Assembly (NCBI GenBank): GCA_030704615.1
Contig: CM060732.1
Location: 37,696,001 to 37,760,000 of the forward strand
Length of the DNA stretch: 64,000 nt
Source of the DNA: Takakia lepidozioides
Lineage: Eukaryota; Plantae; Bryophyta
Direction: 5' to 3'
A model generated the notes under the pieces. It was not told the origin of the DNA, searched no databases, and saw only the letters and a list, made by a program, of their open reading frames with translations. Shown here piece by piece: positions 14,612 through 27,285 of the stretch (positions within the stretch are counted from its first letter, which is position 1; the number at the start of each line of letters is the position of its first letter). The translations under genes and the position numbers were made by a program.

Positions 14612-16602
14612 CAGACCTTTCTGTGTTTGTGTATGCCACAGGCCCGTGACCTTCTATGTCTCTTGCGATTTCAAGGACTGTTTCATCGGCCAACCTTCAT
14701 GAGGCACCCTGAATGGTAAGAACTGTGGTCAGTCATGCTCCAATATTTCTCAAGGTTCATCACTTTGTTTGAACGCTACTCTGCATTGTCTTGGATTGTG
14801 CATTTTGTGGAGTAATCCTTGCTGCATCTGAACCTTTCAATTCATAGGGAGCCCTGTAGTGAATGCTCTACCCATCAATCCAATGAAGTTCAAAAGCTGT
14901 CATGCTAATGAAGGAAGCCTCTGGGGCCACAAAAAGAGGAACAAAATGCTTCCCTGCCTTGTTGCTTAGAAAGACATATGCTGGTGTGGCTGCAAAAGTC
15001 AAGCTTTCCTGGTTCCATTAAGGAAATGTACAGAAGATGAGAGGGAGGGAGGAGAATATTTTCCCCCAAGTCCAGTCTGCAAAAAGTGGGGAGGTTATCT
15101 TTGGAGAGTGACATTTTTTATTTCAGAGGTGTTGCTAGATTTCTTAGGATCATTCAACCCATGATTTGTAGGCTGCAGGTCCTAGTAGTAAATTTTTCCT
15201 TAGGGTGGAAAGTTTATCTCAAGCAATCATGTACAGTACCAACCCCAGGATTCTAAACAAATTGTCACTGGTTATCTAATGTACATGTTGCTTATGGACA
15301 TAAATTTGCTAGACAGTTCCTGATATTTGTTAGGCTTTTGCCTCAAGGATCATGCATCCAATTGTAAATATTAGGGTGTTGGTGCCTTGGCACAAATATT
15401 TGGGTTTGAAATAGCTACCTTCTAAAATTTGAGTTCAAGTGCATTTCGAAAACTCAGTACTCTGCAAACTCCAAGCTCTTCATTCATCAAAACGAATACT
15501 CTGAATGCAAAAATATCTTGTCAAAAAGTTTTTCCAAGCGTGCCACAAACATTACTGTCTCAGAGATTACATATATGATGCATACAGTCTGACTCTGTAC
15601 CATACAGCCAAACACAAAGTGTTGGGTCTCACTAAATTCTTCCATCCACTGCAGAGGACTGAATACTAAAGTTAAAAGGACCATGCTTTGAACCTTAGTA
15701 GGCCGGCATTGGAGCATGCATCTGCTGTGTGGGTCAACAATTCCAACCATGCTAAACACCTAGAATCCATTCAGGGCAAGGAAAGCATGTCAGCTTGATC
15801 TAGAAAAGCAAATGTGGCTGTCCGGGGTGAGTTTGGTGAAAACTCCCCGCAGCTCTCGATTTGATGAATTCATGGTCCAATGGTGTAATATCAGATACCC
15901 TACGATAATCGAAGCTATTTCTTGGAAGCAACACCGTCTTGTAAGGGTAGATGAGATTTTCAGGTATCTGAATTTTTGCCAAGATGAATTGACTCTGCTC
16001 GATGAAGCTGACCTTGCGGAGGTTGTCCAAAGCCATGATCCCAAAGACTGTATGATGAAAATGAAGTTAGGCATAAAACTTCCCTGAACTTGTTTACAGT
16101 CTGATATGGGTGAGAACCTTAAGGAGGATCTCAATGGCCTATCTACCTTCGGCACTAGACTGAAATTTTAAACCCAGGGCAGGAAGCCTACCTTTGAACA
16201 ATTAACAAATGCAGAGAGGAAGACTATATCCATTTTCTGACACATTGTTTGAGATATTCTCAACAGAGAGTGACCCTCTTCAAGACCATCAAGAATGTTG
16301 TCCCTGCACCTCTTTCAAAATTTTGAGGCTGAGCCTAAAGCCCTAGGATCTAATTGCTGGGCAGCTCACACTCAGCAGATTGAAGCTTGTGTGAAGGGCC
16401 TTGTAGAGGAAATCTGGAAAGCCAGAGCCAGTTGTAAGTCCCACTCCTCACAAAGGTAGTCTGTGGCCACAAGGCCACGGGCAAACAATCTCTCAAGAGT
16501 ACACACTCTCTCACCCTTAGACAAACACTAGAACATTAGTTCTCATTCTTGGGTTCTAGTTTTGTTTCCTCTCTCATGTTTTCTTCGATTTTGTCCCATA
16601 AG

Positions 16603-16656
16603 CTCTATGAGCTTTCCGCGGACGTTATAAAGCACCATTTCATTTCATTTCATTTC
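16603..16656 (+). repeat. Short retroposon 3' end with a (CATTT)n tail; further copies at ~17299-17342 and ~47914-47950
   Basis: Shared GCGGACGTTATAAAG(CA/TT)CCATTTCATTTC in three places. The copies at 16603 and 17299 are absent from duplication unit 1. Confidence 0.7.
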
Positions 16657-17784
16657 TGCATGAGGCACTATATCTTGACCAGTATTTGGGCTGCTTACGG
16701 TTGAGGTCCCACTCTCCAGCTTATCTGATAGATTTTCTTTTCCCATTTTCCCCTCTCTCTGTGGATTGAGTTTTCTCTTAGAATGTGGATCCATACACTC
16801 CATATGCATATCCGATGTGTTTGCTTCTGCTCACTTCTCTGCATTGAGGCGTTAACTGAAACTCATTCCATGCTTCAAAGAGGAGTGAGATCCATAGCAG
16901 TCCTTCCTGAATGCCTCAAAAATGTTATATGATCTTCATTCTGAAAAGTAGAAGCATGGTATTGGAGGGAATCTCTGGCTATCCGTCAGTTAGTCTTCAG
17001 GTGCTTCAGATACCCCAGGCTTTGACTTCGTTTGTAAAATGGTGGGTGTGGTGGCATTGACCTCGGTGGAAACCACGGCAGGCAATGACTACACGCTTGG
17101 ACTGTATTCACCTATCCTAAATCAGGTGAAATGCCTTGATGGTTAATGTAACTATCAGGTAAAACCTTGTTTTGAGCCTAATTGAAAATGGTTGTCATTG
17201 AACTGGGCCCAGGCGGGATCCTTGGAAGATCCAGGTGACGCAAACATGGGGAAACAATACCTATAATCAATAGGTAACGTCTGTGTTCCATGCTTTCTCT
17301 CTATGATCTTTCCGCGGACGTTATAAAGCACCATTTCATTTCTCTATCCCAAGAGGTCAGCTTTGGCCGCAAGGCTAGAAACACACACTGCCGCAGACAT
17401 CGCCATCTCTTTGACGAGGCTACTGTAAAAGAAGTCCAAACTGTCCAATTGTGAGAACTACAAAACAACACACATCAATATGACCATTGTGGTCACCAAC
17501 CAGGTTGTTTGACTGGTTACATACACAGAACCATACCAGAAGGGGAGAACTTTAGAGAGCGAGGACGTCAGCAAGAGGCAGCTTCAGGAATTTCTTGGGC
17601 TTTAACAGGAGGCTTTTTTGTCCTTTATGCTTGAAGTAATCAAACTGGTCTGAAAAGAGCTACAACAGCCCTGTCATGGATGAGATGCAAAGATACTCTT
17701 CAGCAGCACTCCAACGAAGCCACCACTTTGGTTGGACCACAGTTGCATGTTGTATCTGCATCCCATCCACCTCGTTTCCATTGT

Positions 17785-18863
17785 CTACCCATCCACTGCT
17801 GCTGATGCAATTGATGTTCGGGCGAAGAGATCCAAGATCTTTTGCAGTAACATCCATAAATCAATAGTCTAAGCCAAGGAAGGCGGCACATCTGCAAGTC
17901 AAGGAAATACTACCTCTACTAGTACTTTGAGCATCGCCGTGTTGGGAGATGAGCACCTATGCTCAGAAAAATTACGAGAGGTGCTTTTCGTCGCCTCTTG
18001 CTTTCGTGTGAAACAAAATAACTTGAGACCTCTGTCTCTCTTCCGGGATGAGGATTCCTATGGCGAAATTGCATTTCGAGGTCCAATGTTTTAATTCCTG
18101 AAGGAGAGCGCTCCTAGACTCATCCTGTGCGCTCATTCCTGTGCGCTCATTCCTCATTCCTGTGCGCTACCTCGAGTACCACAGTTGGACAATCGTCCAA
18201 TTGGGCACTCACTGGATATATGCCCCCGTCGAGTTCTTTGATTGCCCTGGGCAGATGTACAGCTATCCAATGCCAAGCCGAATTAGCTCTTCTACAAATT
18301 GCCTCTTGACCCAGCCGGATACCCGGGCGTGGACACCACCAGGATCTCCGTATAGCATCACCCTCCCAACACCTGCTTCGTCTCCTTCTTCCCAAGAGAG
18401 CCTCCAGCCTCCAGTGTGCTTCTTGGGTGTCCACCCACTGTTCATATGTAGATCGAGAAATAGCTTCTGAAAGGATATGGACCCACGTTCCATCTTCCGT
18501 TTTCATTAAGAAGCAGATTATACTCCTGGATGGCCGCTTGAAGGCCCAAATCCAACAAATCTGTGTATACATCAATAAAATTCTGTCAATTAAAAGAGGA
18601 AGAAGAAATCCAACAGATCTACGAATACATCACCAAAAATTTGTCAACACTTTAAAAAGGAAGAAGAGGAAGAAATTTCATTGAGAAAGAGATTTCATGA
18701 TCGTGATAGGATTCTCACACTACGATCCTCGTATCTAAACCTTGACCTAAGGTTTTCCAACATAAGTATGGGACCAACCCGTGTCTCACCTCACAGCCAT
18801 ACACAATACAATACCATAGCCTCGCAAAGCAATCAACACCACAATGTAAATGTCCTCACCCAT
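17785..18863 (-). pseudogene. Broken copy of the Uma2-like nuclease gene
   Basis: Homologous peptides are split across several frames (SEAISRSTYEQWVDTQEAHW, IAVHLPRAIKELDGG, ESRSALLQELKHW). Small tandem duplications at ~18121-18168 and ~18401-18413, and KEPD has become KELD. Confidence 0.88.
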
Positions 18864-19279
18864 CGTGCCCGGTAGCCGTTGCCTGCTTTTTTTCAACTTA
18901 ACGATTCTGAAACGATTGCTAAGCGGAGCTCAACTCTTTGCTCTCCCCCGTCAACTCTTGGCTATCTTCTTCACTAAACTGTTCACATCTAGCGTGCCGC
19001 TATCCTATGTCTCCATTATGTGTTATCGTCCTCCCTTAGTTGTCGGCACCTCCTTTCTAAGGTCTACTAGCGCTTGCAGCAGTGTCCACCGCCGCCATAG
19101 CTCGGATCAGTATTTCCCATGGAAACCTACCAGCTCAAAATCAAGGAAAAATTAGCCTATTGATACAATTTATACAAATGACTGTTTTGAGATATATATA
19201 TATATATATATATATGGTCTTTTTCTGTCTCCTCTGTCAAAAACAGATCAAATTCATAAAGACAAAAAAGGGGATGATA

Positions 19280-19912
19280 CCGTACTGACCTAGCTTATTA
19301 GGCAATACTTAATTCAAATCAAGTGCCTAATTCAATTTAGAACATTTTTGGAAAATGTGCCTAAGACTTGAAATTTTTTCCTGAGAAGTGCCTAATTGCT
19401 CGAAAATTGTGAAAAACACCAAAATATCCAAATATGTGGAAACAAATGCCTAAATTGTATTATTTAAAGTCCAAAAAATGACAAAAATACCTGCAATTTA
19501 TAATTTCATGTCTGCACAACTTCCACATTGATGCACCTACATCTTCATAAGTCTCATCACCTATCTCATGTGAATCTTTTGAATGCGAGACAATGGTAAG
19601 GTCAAGAACATCATCATCCTCGATATGCATGTTTGCAAGACATCGGCTCATGCTCTCAATGACACTTCCATCAAGGTAATATCTATTTTCAAGACCATTA
19701 TGTTTTTTTTAAAGAAAATTATGTCAACAATATTTTTTGAGGCAGGTCAAAAATAATCGTTCATTATTATCCAAGGTCAACTGTGATACATGCCTAATCT
19801 TTGGAAATTACCTAGGTGAGGTGCCTAAATAATAAAAACGAATCTGCTTAATAATATTCCATTATTATTAATTATTAGGCCCGGAAGTGCCTAATAAACT
19901 AGGTCAGTGCGG
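19280..19912. mobile_element. Non-autonomous Tc1/mariner/pogo-type MITE
   Basis: ~25-bp TIRs CCGTACTGACCTAGCTTATTAGGCA / TGCCTAATAAACTAGGTCAGTGCGG, each flanked by TA. AT-rich interior with repeated GTGCCTAA motifs. Confidence 0.88.
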
Positions 19913-22554
19913 TAGAGTTCATACTAGTTAGTACATTTTGAACTTAGTATTGTTCTTACCATTTTATTTGTTGTAACTCATAATCCGATTATATATATAT
20001 ATTAGAGAACAGGGGCAGACGTGGCCCTAGAAGCTTTATTATAAGTAAGGAAAAAATAACCTTACAAAAGCTATGGAGGCTGAATAAAGAGGTACCACTC
20101 GTAACCAATAAGTCTAGAAGGGAGGCACTAAGGAGAAGAGAAGAGAGCCAGAAAGAGATAGGACCTGAGCCACAGGTAATGAGCTGAACAACCCGTTAAT
20201 TCAAGATACCAACGACATCCCCCAATTGCAAAATACATTCTACCAAGCGCAGCAAAGGAAAACAGTGGAGTGTTCTCAGCTTGCCCAAGGGAAGGGGTGG
20301 AAGAACATACCACACTCGACAATGTAGCAGGTGGCACTCGGTGCGCTATCCAACGGAGCTACTGACTGGTGGTCAAAATAATGGTATGGCTAGTTATCCG
20401 ACATTGTTCAACGTCAAACCCCTCCTCACAGGCAAAAAAGCATCATCAATCACATCCTAAACACATAAAATATGTTCGATCACATAGAGATCATGGATGT
20501 GGCTCCCGAGAGACTGCACCACATAAATACTAACTAAGCGAGTCACCGTCGTCGTGATCCTCCGCCTGGCAGCTGTATTCTTCTTTGTCTGCTTTGAATG
20601 TAAAGATGGCACCTTTGAACCAACACAATCACAATTTGACATCACAACCATAGATCGGACTAGCTCACCTGGAGTTCTTTGCAGAAACCAAAACTGAGAT
20701 CACGCACTCTCGTCGTTCTATGAACAAACATCAGCTGCAATCTGCATAACCTTGCAACTACTTCCACCTGACCCAATGACCTTGTAAGTTATATAATGTC
20801 CACAGTGTGACAGCCTACATATGCAGGCGTCCTCCATTGAATTTTGAGATTCCAGTTTAGAACGGTTGAGCTTCTATGGTACATGCGTTTGCAAGCCCAT
20901 TGCCAGATACCTCTGCGAGGCTGCTGTTTTACATTTTGCAGATTAGAAGACGATGAACCGCCAGCCTCGTAAGCCGAAGACACCTGCCCAAGACGATTTG
21001 TCTTCTTCTCTCTGTGCATCAAAACTGTGGTTTGTTTCTGTTTGCAAGTTCTGCCTGCAACTTTCCCGGCGAGGTACCCAATGTAACGAGATCAAAATGT
21101 CGCCCTGAATCTCACCATTCCGAGCATGCCGCCAGCAGATTTTTATCGGTCTTAAGAAAATGTGTGCAATGGAAAGTAGGATGTTCAGCTGGCTCAGATT
21201 GTTAGATGCAGTGGGCACAATCGTCTTGGTAACCATGCTTCCCTAGAGTCACAAATGCTTGGTGTTAAGTGTCCAGAATGAGTTGCTCGTCATTCGGATC
21301 TGAGCTTGCATTTAGGAAATATATCTTTGATGCAGGGGGCCTGCTGCTTCAACGGACGGTGAAAGGAAATTACGATGACTACAATGCATGAGGGTGAGAT
21401 GCACATGAACACCACACACGAGGTGCGTGTGCCGACATATGGCGAGCTGACTTCTCAGTTACGCGCTATGGAGGACGACATGAAAAGGATCCATCAGCAG
21501 GTTCAGGATATAATTAGAGCCTTGTCTTCACGAGAACATGTTCAAAGCAACTGTCAGGATGTCAAGAACCAACATATAGAAAGAACGGTCCGGCAGCAGC
21601 CGAATCTGATGAACGAAAACGACGAGGTTCAGGTAAGCTTAGATTGGGGCCATGCTAGTTGGGACCCTGAGATACCTACGTCGGCAGACCTGGTCCGTTT
21701 GCAGTACATCGAAGACACAACTTAACACAAGTGCAACCTTTGACAGGATGGCACGTCGGTTTCCGGCATGTGAAATCTTCCCCACCCTCTTTGAGAGTGA
21801 CATGGAACTGGTGCAAGAGCCGGGTTCCATATGAATCGGCCCAGGATTAACAAGGCGCTATTGGTCCAAATAGCATATTCCTTAAGGGGTGCCCCCACAC
21901 TTGCTAAGGGCGCAAAAAAGACGTCCCTTTCCCTGCGGGGCGATGGTCCCTTTCCCCGCGGGGCGATGGAGTTTCACGGCGCCCCCAACTGACACCTTTG
22001 TCTTTGCAGCCTTACATAATACTATTGATTTCCATCCAAAGTAACTTAGAACCGGTAAGTTCCATGCGCACTCCACCAAAATTACATGATCGATCCAGAG
22101 CCTATTGGGTTCTGTGGCGAGGCAGCCCCGACTCGCGCACACCCTTGCCCCTGAATTTCCCACGCTATCCCCGTGCACCTTGTCTCCCATTGGCAGGAAT
22201 GGGCGTGGTTGCTGCCAAGATGTTGACACGCACGCGCTAGTCACTTTGACTTAGATTAGGTGGCGTATTCGGGGCCTGAGTTACGGCGTTCGGGTTCAGG
22301 GCATGGAATGATATTCAATGGCCGCTTTTTCATGTGATAGAGGGTTCATAGTGCAAGGTGTGGACGTTTTCCGCCCACCTTGAAACTGCATACCCTGATA
22401 TTCCATTAGCGTGTTGGGTTCAGTGTAGGGTGGGGATGCTCTTAGCAAGGGGCGATTCTGTGGGGGGCCCCCTTAGGGAATATCCTATTTCGACCAATAG
22501 CACCTCGTTAATAGTGGGGGCGCTTGCAGCTACCCGTGGGACCCGGCTCTAAAC

Positions 22555-22945
22555 TCGAGTCATGGTTACATTGGGTTATACCATGAGGTGCGTACCTCCA
22601 CTTGGGGTTACATTGGATTAAACGACATGGTGTGTAACTCAACTCGGTGTAACTTACACTTGGTCTTGAAATTTGACAAGTCCAAATATGGCCAAGTATA
22701 AAATGGACTAACACAAAGTTATGAGAGACAGGGGTTACATAGGGTTTACATGAGAGATATGGGTTACATGAGACCGGGATTACAGAGGGTCACAGTACAA
22801 GAGCCTCCCATCAAGAATTGAACCTGGAAGGCTATCACCTCACCGTCACGCTACCCACAGAGCTTGAAACCCACTTGGATTTTTAAGTATTTAATAGTGA
22901 ATCCGAGGTAAGAGGGGGTGGGGAGGATTTGACAGGCCCCGCCGG
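22555..22945 (+). repeat. GGGTTACAT-rich dispersed repeat (related copy ~61370-61785)
   Basis: Both loci have many GG(G)TTACA(T) units followed by GAG.GGGGTGGGGAGGATTTGAC. Confidence 0.6.
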
Positions 22946-24214
22946 AGGAGCCCAGGCTGCCCGGACCCCGCAATTCAAGTACTACAGTTCTGATTCAAGT
23001 ACCGTCAGATCGCATGCATTCATTAAGTTCTTACGTTGTTCCTATTGTTTTCCATTTTTTTGTAACAACAAGTACTTTTTTTTTTTGTTTTTTTCTTAAA
23101 TATAAGAAAAATGGAGGAAGCCCTTGGAGCTTTATTTGCATTATTTCAAAGGGAAAAAAAATAAAACCCTTCAGTGCCCGAAGACGGCCATAAGGCTTGA
23201 TCTCACGAAGACCCTGAATGATAACTTCACGAACAGTAAGTACTATGAAGATGAAACAGCAAGTTCAAAGGCCCTATCAATGAGTAGTAACCGCTACCAG
23301 TAGCCAAGAAGCGGTAAACCATTGTTATGGATAAGAGCAAATGATAAAGAAGAACCTAGTAAGGCCCTATTAATTGAGTACTGCTACCAAAAGGGGCAGA
23401 CAAGAAACGGCGAACCAATGTTGTGGCAAAAAAGGATAGAGAAGAAGTACCCAGACAAATAAGGAATAAGGAGAAGCAAAAGCTAACAGTAGGGAGAAGA
23501 GCAGGGAGGGAAGGACAAGCATCCAAGGGGAGCCTACACACGAAGATACAGAGTGGGAGAAGTAGGGAAATAGCAAGCAATAGAAAGGAGATGAGCCATG
23601 TGCGTGTCGACCGCTAATCTATCTGTGGAAATGGAGCTAATTTGCCGCTGAGGAGGTCCTGACGTGTTTCCAATTAACCTCCGATCTTTCAAACTCGGGG
23701 GATGCCGAAGAGTTGGGATCTGGTCTCTGCCAACAGTTCAGAAGTCTGTCCGCCCAAACGTAAGAGAGATCATTAGTGCAGCTACAAATGATCCCATGCT
23801 TTCCCCATGTCGCTCTAAAGGAAGAAGGAGTGCTGGCTGACGCTCTGGTTTTCTAGCAGCCTCTGCACACAATAACGCCCATGCTTTCTTCTTAGCAGCC
23901 ACTGTAAGATCAAAGAAAACAAGAGTGAGAAGTACAGTAGGAGATACATTTTCATTGCTCAGAGTCCAAGCGCAACGTCTTTTCCATAGATTCCATAAAG
24001 ATAGAATATCTCAGAGTCTCAAACACAGGACAGTTGGAAGCTAGAGTTTTTCCCTGTTGGTTGTAGTTGAGGACAATTGTCACTGAAGTCATAGGCAATT
24101 GGTTCCAACACATGTAAAATGCTTGCGCCAAGGGCCATATGGTTGCTTGGGCAAAGCAGTGAAGAAGAAAATTGGCCCACTTTGAGAACCCTGTTAACCA
24201 CTTGCCAAAGGAAG

Positions 24215-25020
24215 GCACTGACTTTGTAGGGCCAATCAATCCTCCAGTAAGGAATACTCAGATCAAGTATATAATCACAACAACTAATTGTACTACTAAA
24301 TGGGTAGAAGCAAAGGCTTTGAGAGACAACACAGCTAATTCCACAACAAAAATATCATAACCAGATTTGGTTGTCCCCTAGAATTTATCAATGACCAGGG
24401 GAAGTCATTTTATCAATGAAACTATTGAGATACTGACCAAAGAACTCATGTTCACAAGAAGAGCACGACGTATTATCCTCAGAATAATGGTCAAGCAGAG
24501 GCAACAAATAACATATTGTGCACAATTCTTGCCAAAATAGTAAATGCCAACCAAACGGATTGGGATACCAAGTTAACAACAGCCTTATGGGCTTATAGAA
24601 CCTCATACATAGTTACTACCGGGCATACGCCATTTCAATTGGTCTATGGTATGGAAACTATGTTTCCTGTGGAATTCCTAATTTCTACCATGAGAACAGA
24701 AGGGGGAGACAGAATGGATTTGGAGGATTCAATCAAAGTGAGGAAGCATGAATTGTATCGTGTGGAGGAGGTACGTGCTGATGCAGCAAATAACATGACC
24801 GAGGAAGATCGATTGGACGAAGGCAAACTGAAAACTTTTAAGATAGGAGATTTGGTGTTACGGTTGCAGATGAAGGGAAAGATTAAGGTTTCTAAGCTCA
24901 AGTCGCCTTGGAAGGAACCTTATCTCATATAGAAAATGTATGATAATAACAAAGCAATGCTACAGACAATCAACAAGGAAATGCTTGGTAGAGTTAATGC
25001 TTACAAGCTTAAAGGATAAG
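24215..25020 (+). mobile_element. Ty3/Gypsy LTR-retrotransposon integrase remnant
   Basis: Frameshifted peptides DFVGPINPP, TKWVEAKAL, RFGCPLEFINDQGSHF, YYPQNNGQAEATN, ALWAYRTSY, GHTPFQLVYG and KLKSPWKEPY (integrase core plus GPY/F-like region). No LTRs recognised. Confidence 0.92.
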
Positions 25021-26429
25021 TTGGTATCCATGATAAGCCTTTACGACATTATTTGAATTTGCGAGCAGAAAAGAAAACGCAGACTGTGGAGGAACCAGTA
25101 TCAGCTCATGAGGTACTCTTCGTGGAACCTCATGGTCAAGGTCACATGAGGGAGCATGAGGGAACATACCAGTGTTGTACTAGTATGTGCCAATTGACTT
25201 GGGTATGTGCCCGGGTCTGAGTAAAGGTATCAAAGAACCAACCAGTCGGGGGTGTCGTTGAGCAAATACCCGGTTGAACGTAGAACTCAGGGTTTAGGGA
25301 AAATGACGTAACCACCTACAAACCATACCAGTCACAGTATGGTTGCTGGCAAGGTTACGATTGAGACCAATACTGAGGGGCGAGCAGTGAAGATGGGAGG
25401 GGTAGGCAGTATGACGTTACGGAGCCCCATGACGGTGAAGTTAAGAGAGGAGTGGAGGTTTTGCGGCTGGCTCTTTTATGTTGTGGGGCACCGCAAAAAA
25501 TTGAGGAGATCGGTATTGGGGGTGGAGGATTGATGCGTCGGCAAGGAGGAGGAGTGGGTTAAGAATCTGACCCCTTCCAGCCCCTCCTTTTCAAGCGAAA
25601 AAAAGCAAAATAGCACAAAAAAAAAAGGGCCCGCGACACCCCTATACAAAAAACAGCCAAAACCGGGCGGGCCCCCGGCGAGCTGGTGCCAGAAGACACC
25701 TGCGGAACCCACCCATTTCACCAGGGAACGGGGGAGCATGGCGCCCTAAATGCAAGGGTTGGCGCTCCATCGCACCAGGGGTCAACCACGATTTCGCCAC
25801 CTGCACCTATCTCCACCGTCTGATCTCCAGCCAGTAGCCATATTGCCCATATATATGTAGCCATATTGTAGCCATATATAAGTAACCATATTGCCATATT
25901 ACAGCGTTCGACCGCCATATTGCATAATACATTGCATACCTGTAGCCAGGTGGATTCTAGGTGGACAATGTCATGTCGCCACCTCTGCACTCAGTCCCAA
26001 AAATATTTCGCCAGGTCCACGCCAAGGCATAAATTTTTTAAAAAAAAAGAAAAAAAGAAAAAAGGCTGATCATCCCTTCCCTTATTTATTTCTTTGTAGT
26101 GAAAGACATTTGTTTGCTTCTGAGCATTGCGAGCTGGGCTTGATCTGCCCCTGCTTGCAATTTTCAATTGTGTTTTTCCATGGAGGGCTTGAGCATTTCT
26201 GACTTTGAGCGATCCCTTTATGATGAGGGGGATGAAACAAGAGTGACAACTAAATGCCTTGATGCCACAACTACATCCCACGCATCATCCCATCAAGAAC
26301 TTGCTGAATACAGCCCGGACGAGGTGCATCAGGCGGAGGAGGAGGCCATATGGAGAGTGTTGCTTTTGAAGATTGAGGATAATGCACGACCTTGGGTGCC
26401 TTTCATCGCACCAGCTCCATTTGGGGCTT

Positions 26430-27285
26430 CTACTTGTTAGCACATGTTGGGGTCAAAACAGATGTCACTGCCACCCAAATGATGAGTGCATATTGTGCCG
26501 CCCAGCCCCTTGCGTATCTGATGCTTCATCTTCAGCTTATAATACCAATGCCAGAAATTGAAAATGCTTGGTTAAATACAACCCCGCTCATGGCAGTACA
26601 TCAATGAAGAAACATCTTCACGATGAGCATCCAGGGCACAATTTTTCAAGTACAAGCAGCACCTAAAGGCCAAGGAAGGAGTTGCAGAAGGTCGGCACAA
26701 ATGTAAAAAACGTAAGACAATCCCTCATTCTTCAATTACTTTTTTTTTTTTGGTGGTGACACTAGTTATTCCAAAACTGACCACGCACATATTAGATTCA
26801 TAGAGGACCTTGTCCTCCATGTGACAAAGGGCTATGAGGCCCTCTCATCGGTGGAGTCCCCTTGGCTAAGGAGGCTTGTCATGAGGAGAGACCCTAAGGT
26901 GAAATTTCCTAACCGCAAGCAATTTGTGGCTGAGCACACCCAAGGCATGCTAGCTAAAACAATGGAAAGATATGTATTGCCTAGCCTTGCGAAGTGTGCT
27001 ACTGCCAGTGTCACATTTGACCCCTGGACGGGGTTTGACACTTTTTGCCTTGAGGTGAATTTTATTGATGATGTTTGGCAGCCCCGTCATGTGCCTGTGG
27101 GCATATTCGAAGCGCTGGACACTGCAGGTGCAGCCTTGGCAGAGATTGTGAAACCCTTATTGGCACAATACCAACTAACCAATAAGATACTGGCGTGTTT
27201 TGGCCATGTCATGAGTAAAGCATGCCAACATGCTACAGCTAATGATAAAATGTGCATCGGGATGACCCATGTGAGCACAATGTGA
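26430..27285 (+). mobile_element. hAT-superfamily transposase remnant
   Basis: Decayed BED-finger-like region (YNPAHGSTSMKKHLHDEH), then LSSVESPWLRRLVMRRDPKVKFPNRK, SVTFDPW and VNFIDDVWQPRHVPVGIF. Internally deleted. Confidence 0.8.

Noticed and set aside
20700-22250. Possible gag-like or coiled-coil ORF remnants (e.g. 21375-21725)
   Set aside because: Probably TE-derived, but no diagnostic motif could be recognised.
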